In this document: positions 1 to 9,472 of the stretch, piece by piece
Numbering within the stretch: the stretch's first letter is position 1
Layout of the letters: every line of letters begins with the position of its first letter
Source: a virus
Taxonomy: Duplodnaviria; Caudoviricetes
Virus record (IMG/VR): IMGVR_UViG_3300020577_007794
Direction: 5' to 3' (one strand)
DNA length: 64,000 bases
Notes under the pieces: model-generated
The model's input: only the letters and a program-made list of their open reading frames with translations
The model's database searches: none
What the model was told of the DNA's origin: nothing
Position numbers and translations under genes: made by a program

Positions 1-2
1 GA

Positions 3-221
3 CAATTAGCTTTGTCGCGGTTTAGTTTGGAAAATAACTTCCACCTATGGCCGATAGCTTGGAATTCTATGTTTGAAAAAGCAGCTAAAGGATTGCTGGG
101 CCCTCCTGATGTTCCGTTTAAGTTTAACCCTGTTACCTTCGGCAATGTAGGTAGAAATGATACTTGCCCCTGTGGTTCTGGATTAAAATACAAGGCTTGC
201 TGCCTAGGAGCGTTCGGATAA
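3..221 (+). CDS. C-terminal part of a SEC-C motif protein (probably starts upstream of the window)
   Basis: [18 protein letters not shown] is a SEC-C Zn-binding motif; the frame is open from base 3. Confidence 0.75.
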   Translation, partial: QLALSRFSLENNFHLWPIAWNSMFEKAAKGLLGPPDVPFKFNPVTFGNVGRNDTCPCGSGLKYKACCLGAFG

Positions 222-523
222 TGGAAACATCATTCTTTCTTTATAGGTTAGTTGACGCTATACCTGGGTTAGATGAAATCTTCAATAGAAAACTTTGCTT
301 TAGAGTTAGACATGCTGTATTTCACGAAGACAGTGTAGAGCTTCACGTATCTCCAGACAAGTTCTCTGACAAACTTCTATCAGCAGGTAAAACATACATT
401 GTGGAAACTGAAATAGATAGGAAGAGCACCTATCGCTATTACTATTTCAAAGCGTTTGAAATACTTGCAGAAGAGAACCAAATTATAGTAAAACTTTACG
501 GTGAATTAGTGGATCAAAAGTAA
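221..523 (+). CDS. hypothetical protein
   Basis: ORF track 164..523; ATG at 221 overlaps the upstream stop (TAATG), as for most genes here. Confidence 0.6.
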   Translation: METSFFLYRLVDAIPGLDEIFNRKLCFRVRHAVFHEDSVELHVSPDKFSDKLLSAGKTYIVETEIDRKSTYRYYYFKAFEILAEENQIIVKLYGELVDQK

Positions 524-525
524 CG

Positions 526-534
526 CTCTATTTG
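526..534 (+). promoter_or_regulatory. CTCTATTTG motif, putative phage late promoter
   Basis: Exact 9-mer 20 nt upstream of the baseplate J start; recurs at four other gene boundaries. Confidence 0.6.
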
Positions 535-554
535 CGTACAGAGAATTAGTATAA

Positions 555-1667
555 ATGCCTACTCCTAGACCTACATTACAGGAAATAAAAGAGAGAATTT
601 ATGTAAGAATTCTTAACGAGACCAGTTTAACTGCAGGGCTAGAAAGTTCTGCAATTGGTGTCTTGGTTAATATAATGGCTGCTGAAATAGATTCTCAGTG
701 GGCATACATAGATGAACTCACTACCCAGTCATCCTTGACAACCGCTACAGGTGGTTCTCTGGATGATATGGGTCTTATGTTTGGGGTCCCAAGAAAGGTT
801 GAATCGAAAGCCACCACAACAGGTGGCACACCATCTATTCGATTTACAAATCTTGGGGGTACCTCACTATCAATTCCTGTAGGAACCAGAGTCTACAAAG
901 ATAGTGACCCCTCTATAGCTTTCTTTACCATAGAGGGGGCTACCTTAGCAGGGGGTGCATCAGTTGATGTACACGCCACAGCTGCACAGCCTGGGCAAGC
1001 ATTTAACGTAGCAATCGGAGACATTAATAGACACAGTGCCCCGACTACAGCTTTGTCAGTAACAAACATCCTTCCAATTCAAAACGGTGCTGCTAGAGAA
1101 TCGGATACAAGTTACAGAGAAAGAATCCTTCAAGATCTTCTTAGAAGAAACTCACTTACAGTCCCTAATACCACAGCTCTTTTAAGAACCATTGATGGTG
1201 TTAAGGATGCAATGTTGATCAATCTGGCAAGAGGTACTGGTACATTCGATGTCATCATCACCCCGTACCATTCATCCCAAACTGAGTCTGTTGTGGAAGA
1301 GTGTAGGGCTCTGCTTTCTGATACAACAAATGCTGGTATTGATTTTGTTGTAAAAGCTCCTAAGATACGACAGCTTGATCTCACTTTAACTCTGAGATTC
1401 AATCCTTCAGCCTCAAACAAAGAACTGGATAGGCAGTTAATAAGAAGCATTATTAACGCTAGGGTTGGAAATCTTCCTGTAGAGAACGGTACAGGAAATG
1501 GTTCTTTATTCCTGTCTCAACTAAGATCCGTAGCTGCTGCAGCTAGCCCAGCAATCATTGATGCAGCTATTGTTGGTGCTCTTGACGAAATCCCTCTTAC
1601 TATTGATGGAGAGGTAAAGATCGGGTTAGGAGACCGAATTGAACTTAGAAGTTTGGTCATTAGATAA
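555..1667 (+). CDS. baseplate J-like wedge protein
   Basis: 370 aa; TATGGSLDDMG..FGVPRK, GT.V and ESDTSYRERI motifs typical of Baseplate_J. Confidence 0.85.
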   Translation: MPTPRPTLQEIKERIYVRILNETSLTAGLESSAIGVLVNIMAAEIDSQWAYIDELTTQSSLTTATGGSLDDMGLMFGVPRKVESKATTTGGTPSIRFTNLGGTSLSIPVGTRVYKDSDPSIAFFTIEGATLAGGASVDVHATAAQPGQAFNVAIGDINRHSAPTTALSVTNILPIQNGAARESDTSYRERILQDLLRRNSLTVPNTTALLRTIDGVKDAMLINLARGTGTFDVIITPYHSSQTESVVEECRALLSDTTNAGIDFVVKAPKIRQLDLTLTLRFNPSASNKELDRQLIRSIINARVGNLPVENGTGNGSLFLSQLRSVAAAASPAIIDAAIVGALDEIPLTIDGEVKIGLGDRIELRSLVIR

Positions 1668-3094
1668 TGAATTGGAGCCTGTTCTCCCCTAAAATTAGAG
1701 ATGCGTGGACTCCTGCCGTTGGTAGGTCTCCGCGTTGGTTCAGTTCAAACTCTTACCCAGACCTAGATACCCTCCCTGAAATTCCTGAGCTTAGCTCCAA
1801 CCCCGTTGGCACATTCACCGTCCCTTCCGCCTCCGGGGTTGTCCCCTTTTCTTGGTCTCTATCGGCAGATACATTCTTAAAGCCATCATCAACATTCCAA
1901 GCCCTTTTCTTCTTAATGAATGAGGAAAGGGCTTTGATGAATTTAAGTCTTAAATCTCTTTACTACACCAGAGCATTAGGATTTGACCTAGCTGAACCAG
2001 ACTTCGCTTGGTATGTTTCTAATGTTAATTCTGAACTACCCATCTACGTACAGACTAGTTCAGGTTATGTTGAGCTACAATCTGCTACGTCAACTAACAC
2101 CTTGATTTATTCCAACAAATGGAGTTATCAAAAGAGTGGGCAGGAAGTCCTATTAAACGGTTTTGGCCTCCTAGAATCTTCTACAATAGTTGTTAGTGGT
2201 TGGCATTTTGCTGCTAGTGGTTCGGTGTTTGATAGTACTACACTTATACACTTTAAAAATCCAACTACACAGACTTGGATTCCTCTTCATCCAACAGAAG
2301 TAAGATCTGATGGATTCTTAGGTTTTTCGAGTACTGAAGAGTGTGCAGTTAGATCCTATTCTAGGGATGCTGCTGCAAGACTTACTACACTGAATCTGCT
2401 AACTGATGGGAAAATCTATACAGCTGATTTGGTTCCCCTATGGACTTCCATAGACGAGAAAGCGTTGTGGTTCGGTCTAAAGAGAAAACAACACGAATCT
2501 TCAGCACAATTAGCAGAAAGAGTGCTAGGGTGCAGTTGGTTTGCCAAAGATCAATCTATAGAGAGTACAAGAAATGCAATATCTTCATCACTTGGTCTAT
2601 CGAATATTTCAGTTAGTGAGCGACATACCGGATCTACCTCTGCTAGTTCTGGCTTTAATTATGTTTCGCTAAGAAATATTGATAAAATCCAAACAGCCAG
2701 GGAAATGTTAACAGTTGATGAGAATGATATAATAAGAACAAGATATTATGAACCCAGGCGGGGTACAGTATTTTGTGGTGATTATTCTTATGAAGCTGTG
2801 GCATCCTCCGGTATAGTTACCGTTATTGATTACACACATAGGTACGGAGATTATCTGTACGCTGATTGGACTTTGTATGTCTATACCAGTTCATCGTCAG
2901 CAATAACTTTTACCGCCAATATGCCACTAGAGGGGCCTGACTATATTACGTTGAGCACTCGAGATGTTGAGGTGGATAATACGTCAGGAGCAGATCTTAT
3001 AGACTGCTTTGACAAAACTTGGCCAGGATTTAGGTGGCAAAGCTCACCCATGGCTGCGTTATCAGATGACGCTAGTACAGCTGTTTTTGATTAA
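1667..3094 (+). CDS. putative baseplate protein (paralogue of 9469..10824)
   Basis: Follows baseplate J; carries an IDEKALWFGLKRKQHESSAQLAERV wedge-type motif; Ser/Thr-rich. Confidence 0.55.
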   Translation: MNWSLFSPKIRDAWTPAVGRSPRWFSSNSYPDLDTLPEIPELSSNPVGTFTVPSASGVVPFSWSLSADTFLKPSSTFQALFFLMNEERALMNLSLKSLYYTRALGFDLAEPDFAWYVSNVNSELPIYVQTSSGYVELQSATSTNTLIYSNKWSYQKSGQEVLLNGFGLLESSTIVVSGWHFAASGSVFDSTTLIHFKNPTTQTWIPLHPTEVRSDGFLGFSSTEECAVRSYSRDAAARLTTLNLLTDGKIYTADLVPLWTSIDEKALWFGLKRKQHESSAQLAERVLGCSWFAKDQSIESTRNAISSSLGLSNISVSERHTGSTSASSGFNYVSLRNIDKIQTAREMLTVDENDIIRTRYYEPRRGTVFCGDYSYEAVASSGIVTVIDYTHRYGDYLYADWTLYVYTSSSSAITFTANMPLEGPDYITLSTRDVEVDNTSGADLIDCFDKTWPGFRWQSSPMAALSDDASTAVFD

Positions 3095-3096
3095 TT

Positions 3097-3606
3097 ATGA
3101 TTCACCTTTCAATGGACCCATCCCTTAAAGCATTTGGGTATGTAGTGTACGACGATAAAAAAAGAACAATTCTCGAAGCAGGATGTATAAGGACAGATAA
3201 AGCAAAGAAAGGGGAGAAAAAAGTAACTGATGATGACGCAGAAAGGCTTCATTACATCGCTACAACACTACAAGGAATCCTTTCCAGATTTAAGATTGAT
3301 CAGATGCACGCTGAGATTCCTATTGGGGCACAAAGCTTTAATGCAGCCAAAGCACTGTATGGTGTGAGAGCAATAGTGCTTTCAATTCACGTTTTCCTTA
3401 ACATACCATTAAACGTATTTAGAGCTAAGGATATCAAAGAAAATTTAACTGGTGATGCCAACGCTGAGAAGGATGCTGTGTACAACGCAGTATTAAAAGA
3501 GTTCCCTTCCATAAAAGAGCACTGCGAAAGTGTCACTAAAGATAGGAGGGAAGCTATATCAGACGCTATGGCAGTTTTTCTTTATTACAGCAATAATAAA
3601 GAGTAG
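3097..3606 (+). CDS. ruvC: RuvC-like Holliday junction resolvase
   Basis: N-terminal DPSLKAFG, central acidic E, C-terminal ISDAMAV; RNase H-fold pattern; 169 aa. Confidence 0.8.
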   Translation: MIHLSMDPSLKAFGYVVYDDKKRTILEAGCIRTDKAKKGEKKVTDDDAERLHYIATTLQGILSRFKIDQMHAEIPIGAQSFNAAKALYGVRAIVLSIHVFLNIPLNVFRAKDIKENLTGDANAEKDAVYNAVLKEFPSIKEHCESVTKDRREAISDAMAVFLYYSNNKE

Positions 3607-3622
3607 GTAAAGTTTTTTAGCC

Positions 3623-6223
3623 ATGGTTAATACAAATAAAGTTCTCTATAATGATGAAGCTATGAAGGCCCTCAAGCAGGGTGCGGATAAGCTAGCTGAA
3701 GCTGTAAAAGTGACTCTTGGCCCCGGTGGTCACAATGTTATTATTGATCAGGGCAGTGAATGGCTCCCACCAATCGTAACTAAAGACGGTGTTACTGTTG
3801 CCAGAGAGCTGCGAGTTAATGGTGGACCTGAACAGTTGGGTGCCCAGATTATCAAACAGGCAGCATCAAAAACCAATGATTCTGCGGGAGACGGCCCACA
3901 ACCTCTTTACAGTAAAGTCCTAACCCCTAGTGGCTTTGTTCCTATGGGTTCTCTAAAAGTAGGGGATGAGCTTTGCGGTACCGGCGGTACGATACAAACA
4001 GTTCTAGCTGTCTACCCAAAAGGTGAAAAAGAAATTTATAAAGTCATATTCACCGATGGGCGGGAGGTTGAATGTTGTGAGGATCATCTTTGGTTTTTGA
4101 AAAAGGCTTCCAGAGGGACTGAGGTGATTATGACCACTAAGGAAATTCTTTCTAGTGGTGTACACAAATTTAACGGAGATGGGCATTATCTCCACAAATT
4201 TTATACTCCCAGGACTTTTGCAGAATTTTCGAACAAAAAATTCGTTCTGGATCCTTATCTTGTAGGGCTACTCATAGGCGATGGGGCTCTAACTGGTACT
4301 GGTTCTATTGAATTGTCTTTAGGGCCGAATGATAGAGATGTAATTGATAGAATTACACTACCTGAAGGGCTGTCTCTTAGCTGGAGATTTGTTGAAAAGA
4401 AACACTACTACAGAGTTAAAATAAGGGGAAAAACTCCAAATGGTGAAACTATCCATGATCTCGTACAAAAAATTGGGCTATTGGGGTGCAATAGTGGAAC
4501 TAAATTTATCCCATATGATTATCTTTTTTCAGATCTAAAATCGAGAGAAGCACTACTCAGGGGGTTGTCCGACACAGATGGGCACATTAATAACAGAGGG
4601 TTGCTAGAGTATTCAACTATAAGCCCACAGTTGGGGGAAGACATGCTTACTCTCTTGAGAAGTCTAGGTAAAGCTGCATCATGCGTTCTTCTAAAAAGAA
4701 AACCTAACTCATCATACTCCAATACTTCCATATACAGAATCAATGAATTAAAGGGAGATACTTTTGGTAATGGTATTCATGATGTCATACCTACGGGTGA
4801 ATTTACCCGAATGCAGTGCATAAAGGTAAGTAATGAGGATAATCTGTATTTTACAGATAATTTCATTGTTACACATAACACAACTACTTCTACAGTTCTA
4901 GCACAAGAAATTCTTAACCAAGGCATCAAGCATCTTGGTACAGGAAAGAATGGTATCAATATTAAGAGAGGTATTGATCTTGCAACCCAGATGGTTGTGG
5001 AATACCTTTCCAAAAACTCCACGTCTATCTCTCTGAAGGATATGGCTATGGTAACCCATATTGCTACGGTCTCTGGTAATGACCCAGAAGTTGGAAAGAT
5101 GGTTGCCACAGCCTACAAAGAAGTGGGTGAAAACGGTCTAGTTGGTTTTGAAGAAACCAGAGCTAGTGAGACTGTTATTGAAATCCACAAGGGCATGTCT
5201 TTCGATAGAGGATACCCAACCCCTGCTTTTGTAACAGATCCCAAGAGAATGGTATGCGAGTTGCGAGAAGCTAACGTTCTTGTTTTTGAAAGACGAATTT
5301 CTTCAGCGCAAGAACTAGTTGGATTCCTTACCGAATACCACAAAAACTTCAAAGAAACTCCCCTTCTTATCATCACTTCAGATATTGATGGAGATGCACT
5401 CGCTACTCTTGCAGCTAACAAGCTATCCAATGGTATGCTTTGGATTGGTATTAAAGCTCCAGGTTTCGGGAAGAGAGCTTCTGACTGGATGGAGGATATT
5501 GCGGCTTTGACCGGTGCTAAGGTCATTGCTGAAGTAAGCGCAGCTAAGCTTGAAAATGTTCCAATGGATGTTTTGGGTAAAGCAAAATCCATCACTATCA
5601 ACAAAGAGGAAACTTCTATTGTTGGTGGATACGGTGATCCAGCGTCAGTCGCTGAATACGTTGCCAACCTTAAAGAGAGACTTGTTAGTGAAACCAGTGC
5701 CCAGGAAATTGAATGGCTAAAGCTGAGGCTTGCTAAACTTGATGGAAGCATTGCTCTTATTAAGATTGGTGCGCAGACTGATGCTGAAATGAAGGAAAAG
5801 AAATACAGATTTGAAGATGCTATTAACGCAACTAAAGCTGCTCTTTCCCATGGTATAGTTCCGGGTGGTGGTGTCGCACTTCTTAATGCTTTTGAGGATG
5901 TACTTGCTAGAAAGCCAGAATTGTCACTAGAAGAGTCGGTAGGTTTTGATATCCTTCTTATGAGTCTTCTTATACCTCTTAAGACTATTGCACAGAATTC
6001 AGGTATCAGTGGGGAGCATGTTATTGCTGTGCTACAGACAAGCAAGAGACATAAGAATTATGGCTACAATGCTAGAACAGGATATTACTGTGACCTTGTT
6101 AAAGAAGGTATTATTGACCCAGTAAAGGTGACTACATCTGCGGTTCTTAATGCAGCTTCGGCAGCTGGAACCTTGCTTACAACAAGAGCAGTTATTTACG
6201 GTGACCCTGTTGAACCTAAGTAA
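3623..6223 (+). CDS. groEL: chaperonin GroEL containing an intein (538 aa after predicted splicing)
   Basis: AVKVTLGP, VTKDGVTVA, AGDG/TTT, GMSFDRGY, KAPGFG, EDAINAT, GIVPGGG, GIIDPVKV. Confidence 0.95.
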   Translation: MVNTNKVLYNDEAMKALKQGADKLAEAVKVTLGPGGHNVIIDQGSEWLPPIVTKDGVTVARELRVNGGPEQLGAQIIKQAASKTNDSAGDGPQPLYSKVLTPSGFVPMGSLKVGDELCGTGGTIQTVLAVYPKGEKEIYKVIFTDGREVECCEDHLWFLKKASRGTEVIMTTKEILSSGVHKFNGDGHYLHKFYTPRTFAEFSNKKFVLDPYLVGLLIGDGALTGTGSIELSLGPNDRDVIDRITLPEGLSLSWRFVEKKHYYRVKIRGKTPNGETIHDLVQKIGLLGCNSGTKFIPYDYLFSDLKSREALLRGLSDTDGHINNRGLLEYSTISPQLGEDMLTLLRSLGKAASCVLLKRKPNSSYSNTSIYRINELKGDTFGNGIHDVIPTGEFTRMQCIKVSNEDNLYFTDNFIVTHNTTTSTVLAQEILNQGIKHLGTGKNGINIKRGIDLATQMVVEYLSKNSTSISLKDMAMVTHIATVSGNDPEVGKMVATAYKEVGENGLVGFEETRASETVIEIHKGMSFDRGYPTPAFVTDPKRMVCELREANVLVFERRISSAQELVGFLTEYHKNFKETPLLIITSDIDGDALATLAANKLSNGMLWIGIKAPGFGKRASDWMEDIAALTGAKVIAEVSAAKLENVPMDVLGKAKSITINKEETSIVGGYGDPASVAEYVANLKERLVSETSAQEIEWLKLRLAKLDGSIALIKIGAQTDAEMKEKKYRFEDAINATKAALSHGIVPGGGVALLNAFEDVLARKPELSLEESVGFDILLMSLLIPLKTIAQNSGISGEHVIAVLQTSKRHKNYGYNARTGYYCDLVKEGIIDPVKVTTSAVLNAASAAGTLLTTRAVIYGDPVEPK
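3896..4879 (+). mobile_element. intein (328 aa) with LAGLIDADG homing endonuclease and class-3 signature
   Basis: Splits GDG|TTT; starts PQPLYSKVLTP; block B CEDHLW; LAGLIDADG motifs YLVGLLIGDG and LLRGLSDTDG; block F MQCIKV; ends IVTHN followed by Thr+1. Confidence 0.93.
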
Positions 6224-6257
6224 GATTCTGTATTAATATTGACCATAAAAAAGAAAT

Positions 6258-6296
6258 AAAAGAGGTACTAGTTTTAGGCTAGTGCTTCTTTTTTTT
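6258..6296 (+). terminator. Rho-independent terminator after groEL
   Basis: Stem AGAGGTACTAGT/GCTAGTGCTTCT (with G-U pairs) followed by a T tract. Confidence 0.75.
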
Positions 6297-6300
6297 GTCC

Positions 6301-6309
6301 CTCTATTTG
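6301..6309 (+). promoter_or_regulatory. CTCTATTTG motif, putative late promoter of the structural operon
   Basis: Exact 9-mer directly after the terminator and ahead of the 22-kb structural block. Confidence 0.6.
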
Positions 6310-6387
6310 AGTAAATGGTATGCCTAGTCTGGTCCAGTCTAGGGCCACTACTTAGTTTACGAAAACTAAATAATCTCAGGTAATTTT

Positions 6388-6804
6388 ATGGCAAGCAATT
6401 TCAAGATCTCAACCTCGGATAGAAACGCAGCCTGTGACGCTATTGTTGACTTAGTTGACGGCGGAGCGGGTGCAGGAACACTAGAAGTGAGAACAGGCTC
6501 ACCTCCTGCAACCCCAGCTACTGCGGATTCTGGTACACTTCTAGCTACGTTAACCATGAGCGATCCGGCATTCGGTTCTGCATCCACAGGTGTTGCAACA
6601 GCTAGTACTATCACTTCTGACACTAATGCTGACGCTTCTGGAGATGCAGGGCATTTCAGAGTTAAGGACAGCAGCGGCAACGTAATCTTCCAGGGCACAG
6701 CTGGTAACTCTGGGGATACTCCTGATCTCACTTTCGATAATAAATCAATAGTAGCAGGTGGTACGGTAGCCATTTCCTCCCTAACAGTAACAGTACCGGC
6801 CTAA
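6388..6804 (+). CDS. small virion structural protein (possible fibre subunit)
   Basis: 138 aa Gly/Ala/Thr-rich beta protein (RNAACDAI...GTLEVRTGSPPA...GHFRVKDSSG), a pattern common in phage structural modules. Confidence 0.55.
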   Translation: MASNFKISTSDRNAACDAIVDLVDGGAGAGTLEVRTGSPPATPATADSGTLLATLTMSDPAFGSASTGVATASTITSDTNADASGDAGHFRVKDSSGNVIFQGTAGNSGDTPDLTFDNKSIVAGGTVAISSLTVTVPA

Positions 6805-6808
6805 TATT

Positions 6809-6955
6809 ATGTTTGAATTAGATGTAGAAATCAAAGGCTCTGGGACTTGCACAATATCTAAAGAGCTGATCTTAAAAAGATTGGCTCTTATTGATGCTGA
6901 TTGTGAAGAAGCAGAGTACTTAAACAATCTCTTGAAGAGATTTGAAACGGAGTAA
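6809..6955 (+). CDS. small hypothetical protein (48 aa, absent from ORF track)
   Basis: MFELDVEIKGSG...RFETE fills the gap between two same-strand genes. Confidence 0.5.
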   Translation: MFELDVEIKGSGTCTISKELILKRLALIDADCEEAEYLNNLLKRFETE

Positions 6956-6957
6956 GA

Positions 6958-7800
6958 ATGGCGATCACTGTAGATAAAATACTTCATGCCCTTGCAGCCA
7001 ATAGTTCTAGATTGGTTATTGATAAGGCGTCAATAGCGTCACAAACAGCGGGGTCATACTGCTCTATGTGGAGAGGTACCGGTCAACCTGCGCAGGGGGC
7101 GATACCTACTACTGCAGCTACTTGTAATGAAACTACAGTAGGTGGATTTTCAATTACTCAGCAAACTTCTCCTGTGAAAAGTTACATAGGTTACGCAGAG
7201 TGGTCCTGCAGCAACTCTTCCATGACCTTAGAGTTTCATGATAGACTAGCTCATATGGGTGGTTTATCAGGTATTGTCACCACCGCCCAAACAGTTAACG
7301 TTGACTTAGATGCTCTTTTAGCTACAGATAATATTTCTGGTAGGATAGGAGACAGTGATTATTCTGACGTTCAGTGGTGGCTTGAGTGGTACACAGCAAC
7401 TGGATCTACAGCAGTTACAGCTACTGTTAACGTAACATATTCTGATGGCAGCACTGGCAACTTATCAGCAGTATCTCTTGCAGCTTCAAGGCCCGCATCT
7501 CATATGATAAATTTAAACGTATACAGACCTGCTGCTGTCACTGCTTTTATAAGAGATGTCAACTCAGTCACACTATCTGCAACCACAGGTACCGCAGGAA
7601 ACTTTGGCGTTACGGCTACTAGATTGAGAAGCAGTATTTTTGCCCCGCTTGCTAACGCAAAATATAGTGGTAACTGGGCGGAGTTACCTATTGGTGAAAT
7701 TCCGCAAAAAGCTTGTCTGTCGCTTCTTATATTAACATCTACTACATCCACCGGTACAGTTAGGGGTGGAGGTAAAATTATGCATCTCGATCCTAGCTAG
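6958..7800 (+). CDS. putative virion structural protein
   Basis: 280 aa, Thr/Ala/Gly-rich beta-type composition, within the structural operon. Confidence 0.5.
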   Translation: MAITVDKILHALAANSSRLVIDKASIASQTAGSYCSMWRGTGQPAQGAIPTTAATCNETTVGGFSITQQTSPVKSYIGYAEWSCSNSSMTLEFHDRLAHMGGLSGIVTTAQTVNVDLDALLATDNISGRIGDSDYSDVQWWLEWYTATGSTAVTATVNVTYSDGSTGNLSAVSLAASRPASHMINLNVYRPAAVTAFIRDVNSVTLSATTGTAGNFGVTATRLRSSIFAPLANAKYSGNWAELPIGEIPQKACLSLLILTSTTSTGTVRGGGKIMHLDPS

Positions 7801-7816
7801 GTATGTGAATATATAG

Positions 7817-9472
7817 TTGAACTACTTAAATCTACCAACTAAAATTCAAATACCCGTAGGTGGTGTTTGGGATGAACCACTCTCCAGCGATATACTTGCT
7901 GGGGAGTATTTTAGTAGTTTAGCTCCTCCAGTATTTTCAGCCACTGCAGCGGCTACTACTAATGCTGCTACTGGAACCGGCTCAGCAACATTCACAGCCC
8001 CACCAGCAGGTACATTCACTGCCACAGCAGATATAACCAGCACAGCAACAACCGGTGCAGGTTCAGCTACTCGGACTGTTCCTTCATTTACTGCTACAGC
8101 AGCTATAACAAAAACCAATACAACTGTTTCCGCAAGTGGCACAAGAACCACCCCCACTTTTACAGGAAGCATTGCTCTCTCAAAAAGCAATACCACTAGC
8201 ACAGGTTCGGCAACGCACACTGCCCCGGTATTCACTGCTAGTGCCAATATAACTAAATCCAACACAGCCCTTGAGGGGGTTGTAAAGGTCTTCAGTATTG
8301 GTGCAATTCAGTGTACTAAATCCGCCACTACTGGTAGTGGCTCAGCTACACACACTGCCCCCATTTATACTGGTACTTCTGCACCCAGTACAAACAAAGC
8401 TTCTGCATCTCTATCTGGTACCACTGCACCACCAGTTTTCACAACATCGGCTGCTATAACAGCATCTAAAGCTTCAGTAAATATTGCTGCTTCATTTACT
8501 GCACCGCAATTTACTGCCTCTGCTTCAATCACAAAGACTGCCACTACAGTATCAGCTGCGGGCTCTTTCACTGTGCCTGTCTTTACAGGAACCTCCAACC
8601 CTTCCACAAATAAAGCTACAGTAACAGGTACGGCACTAAACACCCCACCAGTTTTTACTGCATCATCAACCCTGACAAAGAGTGCAACAACCAGTGCAGG
8701 GTCTGCAGCGCATACTGCACCTACTTTCTCAGGTAGTGCATCTATAACTGCAAACAAGGCTTCCTCTGAAGGCTCAGGTGTTGGAATCCTTCCAACAAGA
8801 ACAGCTAATGGTGCGGTAACAGCCTCTAACATTGTTGGTGGAGGTTTAGGTGATGGTATTGATCCTGTTTACTCTGGTGCGGCAGCTTCCACCACTTCTA
8901 AGGCTACTGTTGCTGGGGTCGCAGAAAACTCTGGCCCGTTCTTCACCGCAACTGCAGCTATTGTCTGCAACGAATCAGTTGTTGCTGGAAACGGAACACA
9001 TATTACCCCTGTCTATACAGGAAACGCAGAGCTTTCAAAAACTCCGACCATGGCTGCTTCGGCAACACATGTTGCGCCAGTATTTTCTGCATCATCAGAC
9101 TGTTTATCACAAAAAGCAAGTGCATCTCTAGAAGGATCTACTCTACCCCCTATTTGTATAGGTACAGCATCTCTTAGCACTAGTAAAGCAACAGTATTAA
9201 TAGAAGGTACTGTAACTGATCCAGTGTTTGCTGCTGCTGCCGCATGTGTGGTGAGTGACGCAGTTGTAGAAGGAACTGGGCAGGTATCTGCACCTGTTTT
9301 CTCTGCCTCCTCTGCAGTCACAACAACAAAGACAACAATTAGGGCTTCCTCTTCTCCTGAGAAAATTACCCTAGCAGAGTTGAAACCATACGCGTTCTTC
9401 TCTAGGGGACGTAAGAGAAGACGAAGCCATGCACCTCTTGTTGTCCCATTCAAAACCGGTAGATATAGATGA
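7817..9472 (+). CDS. Thr/Ala/Ser-rich repeat protein (about 20 x 24-aa repeats), putative fibre scaffold
   Basis: Repeat such as VFTASSTLTKSATTSAGSAAHTAP; basic C-terminus; TTG start. Confidence 0.6.
   Translation: MNYLNLPTKIQIPVGGVWDEPLSSDILAGEYFSSLAPPVFSATAAATTNAATGTGSATFTAPPAGTFTATADITSTATTGAGSATRTVPSFTATAAITKTNTTVSASGTRTTPTFTGSIALSKSNTTSTGSATHTAPVFTASANITKSNTALEGVVKVFSIGAIQCTKSATTGSGSATHTAPIYTGTSAPSTNKASASLSGTTAPPVFTTSAAITASKASVNIAASFTAPQFTASASITKTATTVSAAGSFTVPVFTGTSNPSTNKATVTGTALNTPPVFTASSTLTKSATTSAGSAAHTAPTFSGSASITANKASSEGSGVGILPTRTANGAVTASNIVGGGLGDGIDPVYSGAAASTTSKATVAGVAENSGPFFTATAAIVCNESVVAGNGTHITPVYTGNAELSKTPTMAASATHVAPVFSASSDCLSQKASASLEGSTLPPICIGTASLSTSKATVLIEGTVTDPVFAAAAACVVSDAVVEGTGQVSAPVFSASSAVTTTKTTIRASSSPEKITLAELKPYAFFSRGRKRRRSHAPLVVPFKTGRYR

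Noticed and set aside
3623-6223. Bacterial chromosome origin suggested by groEL, recA, polA and nrdAB
   Set aside because: These genes are divergent and embedded among baseplate, fibre and endolysin genes, with no bacterial housekeeping synteny
9148-9156. Near-match CCCTATTTG to the late motif
   Set aside because: One mismatch, intragenic and far from any start codon
7817-9472. CRISPR-like or DNA tandem repeat
   Set aside because: The periodicity is at the protein level; the DNA copies are diverged and have no spacers
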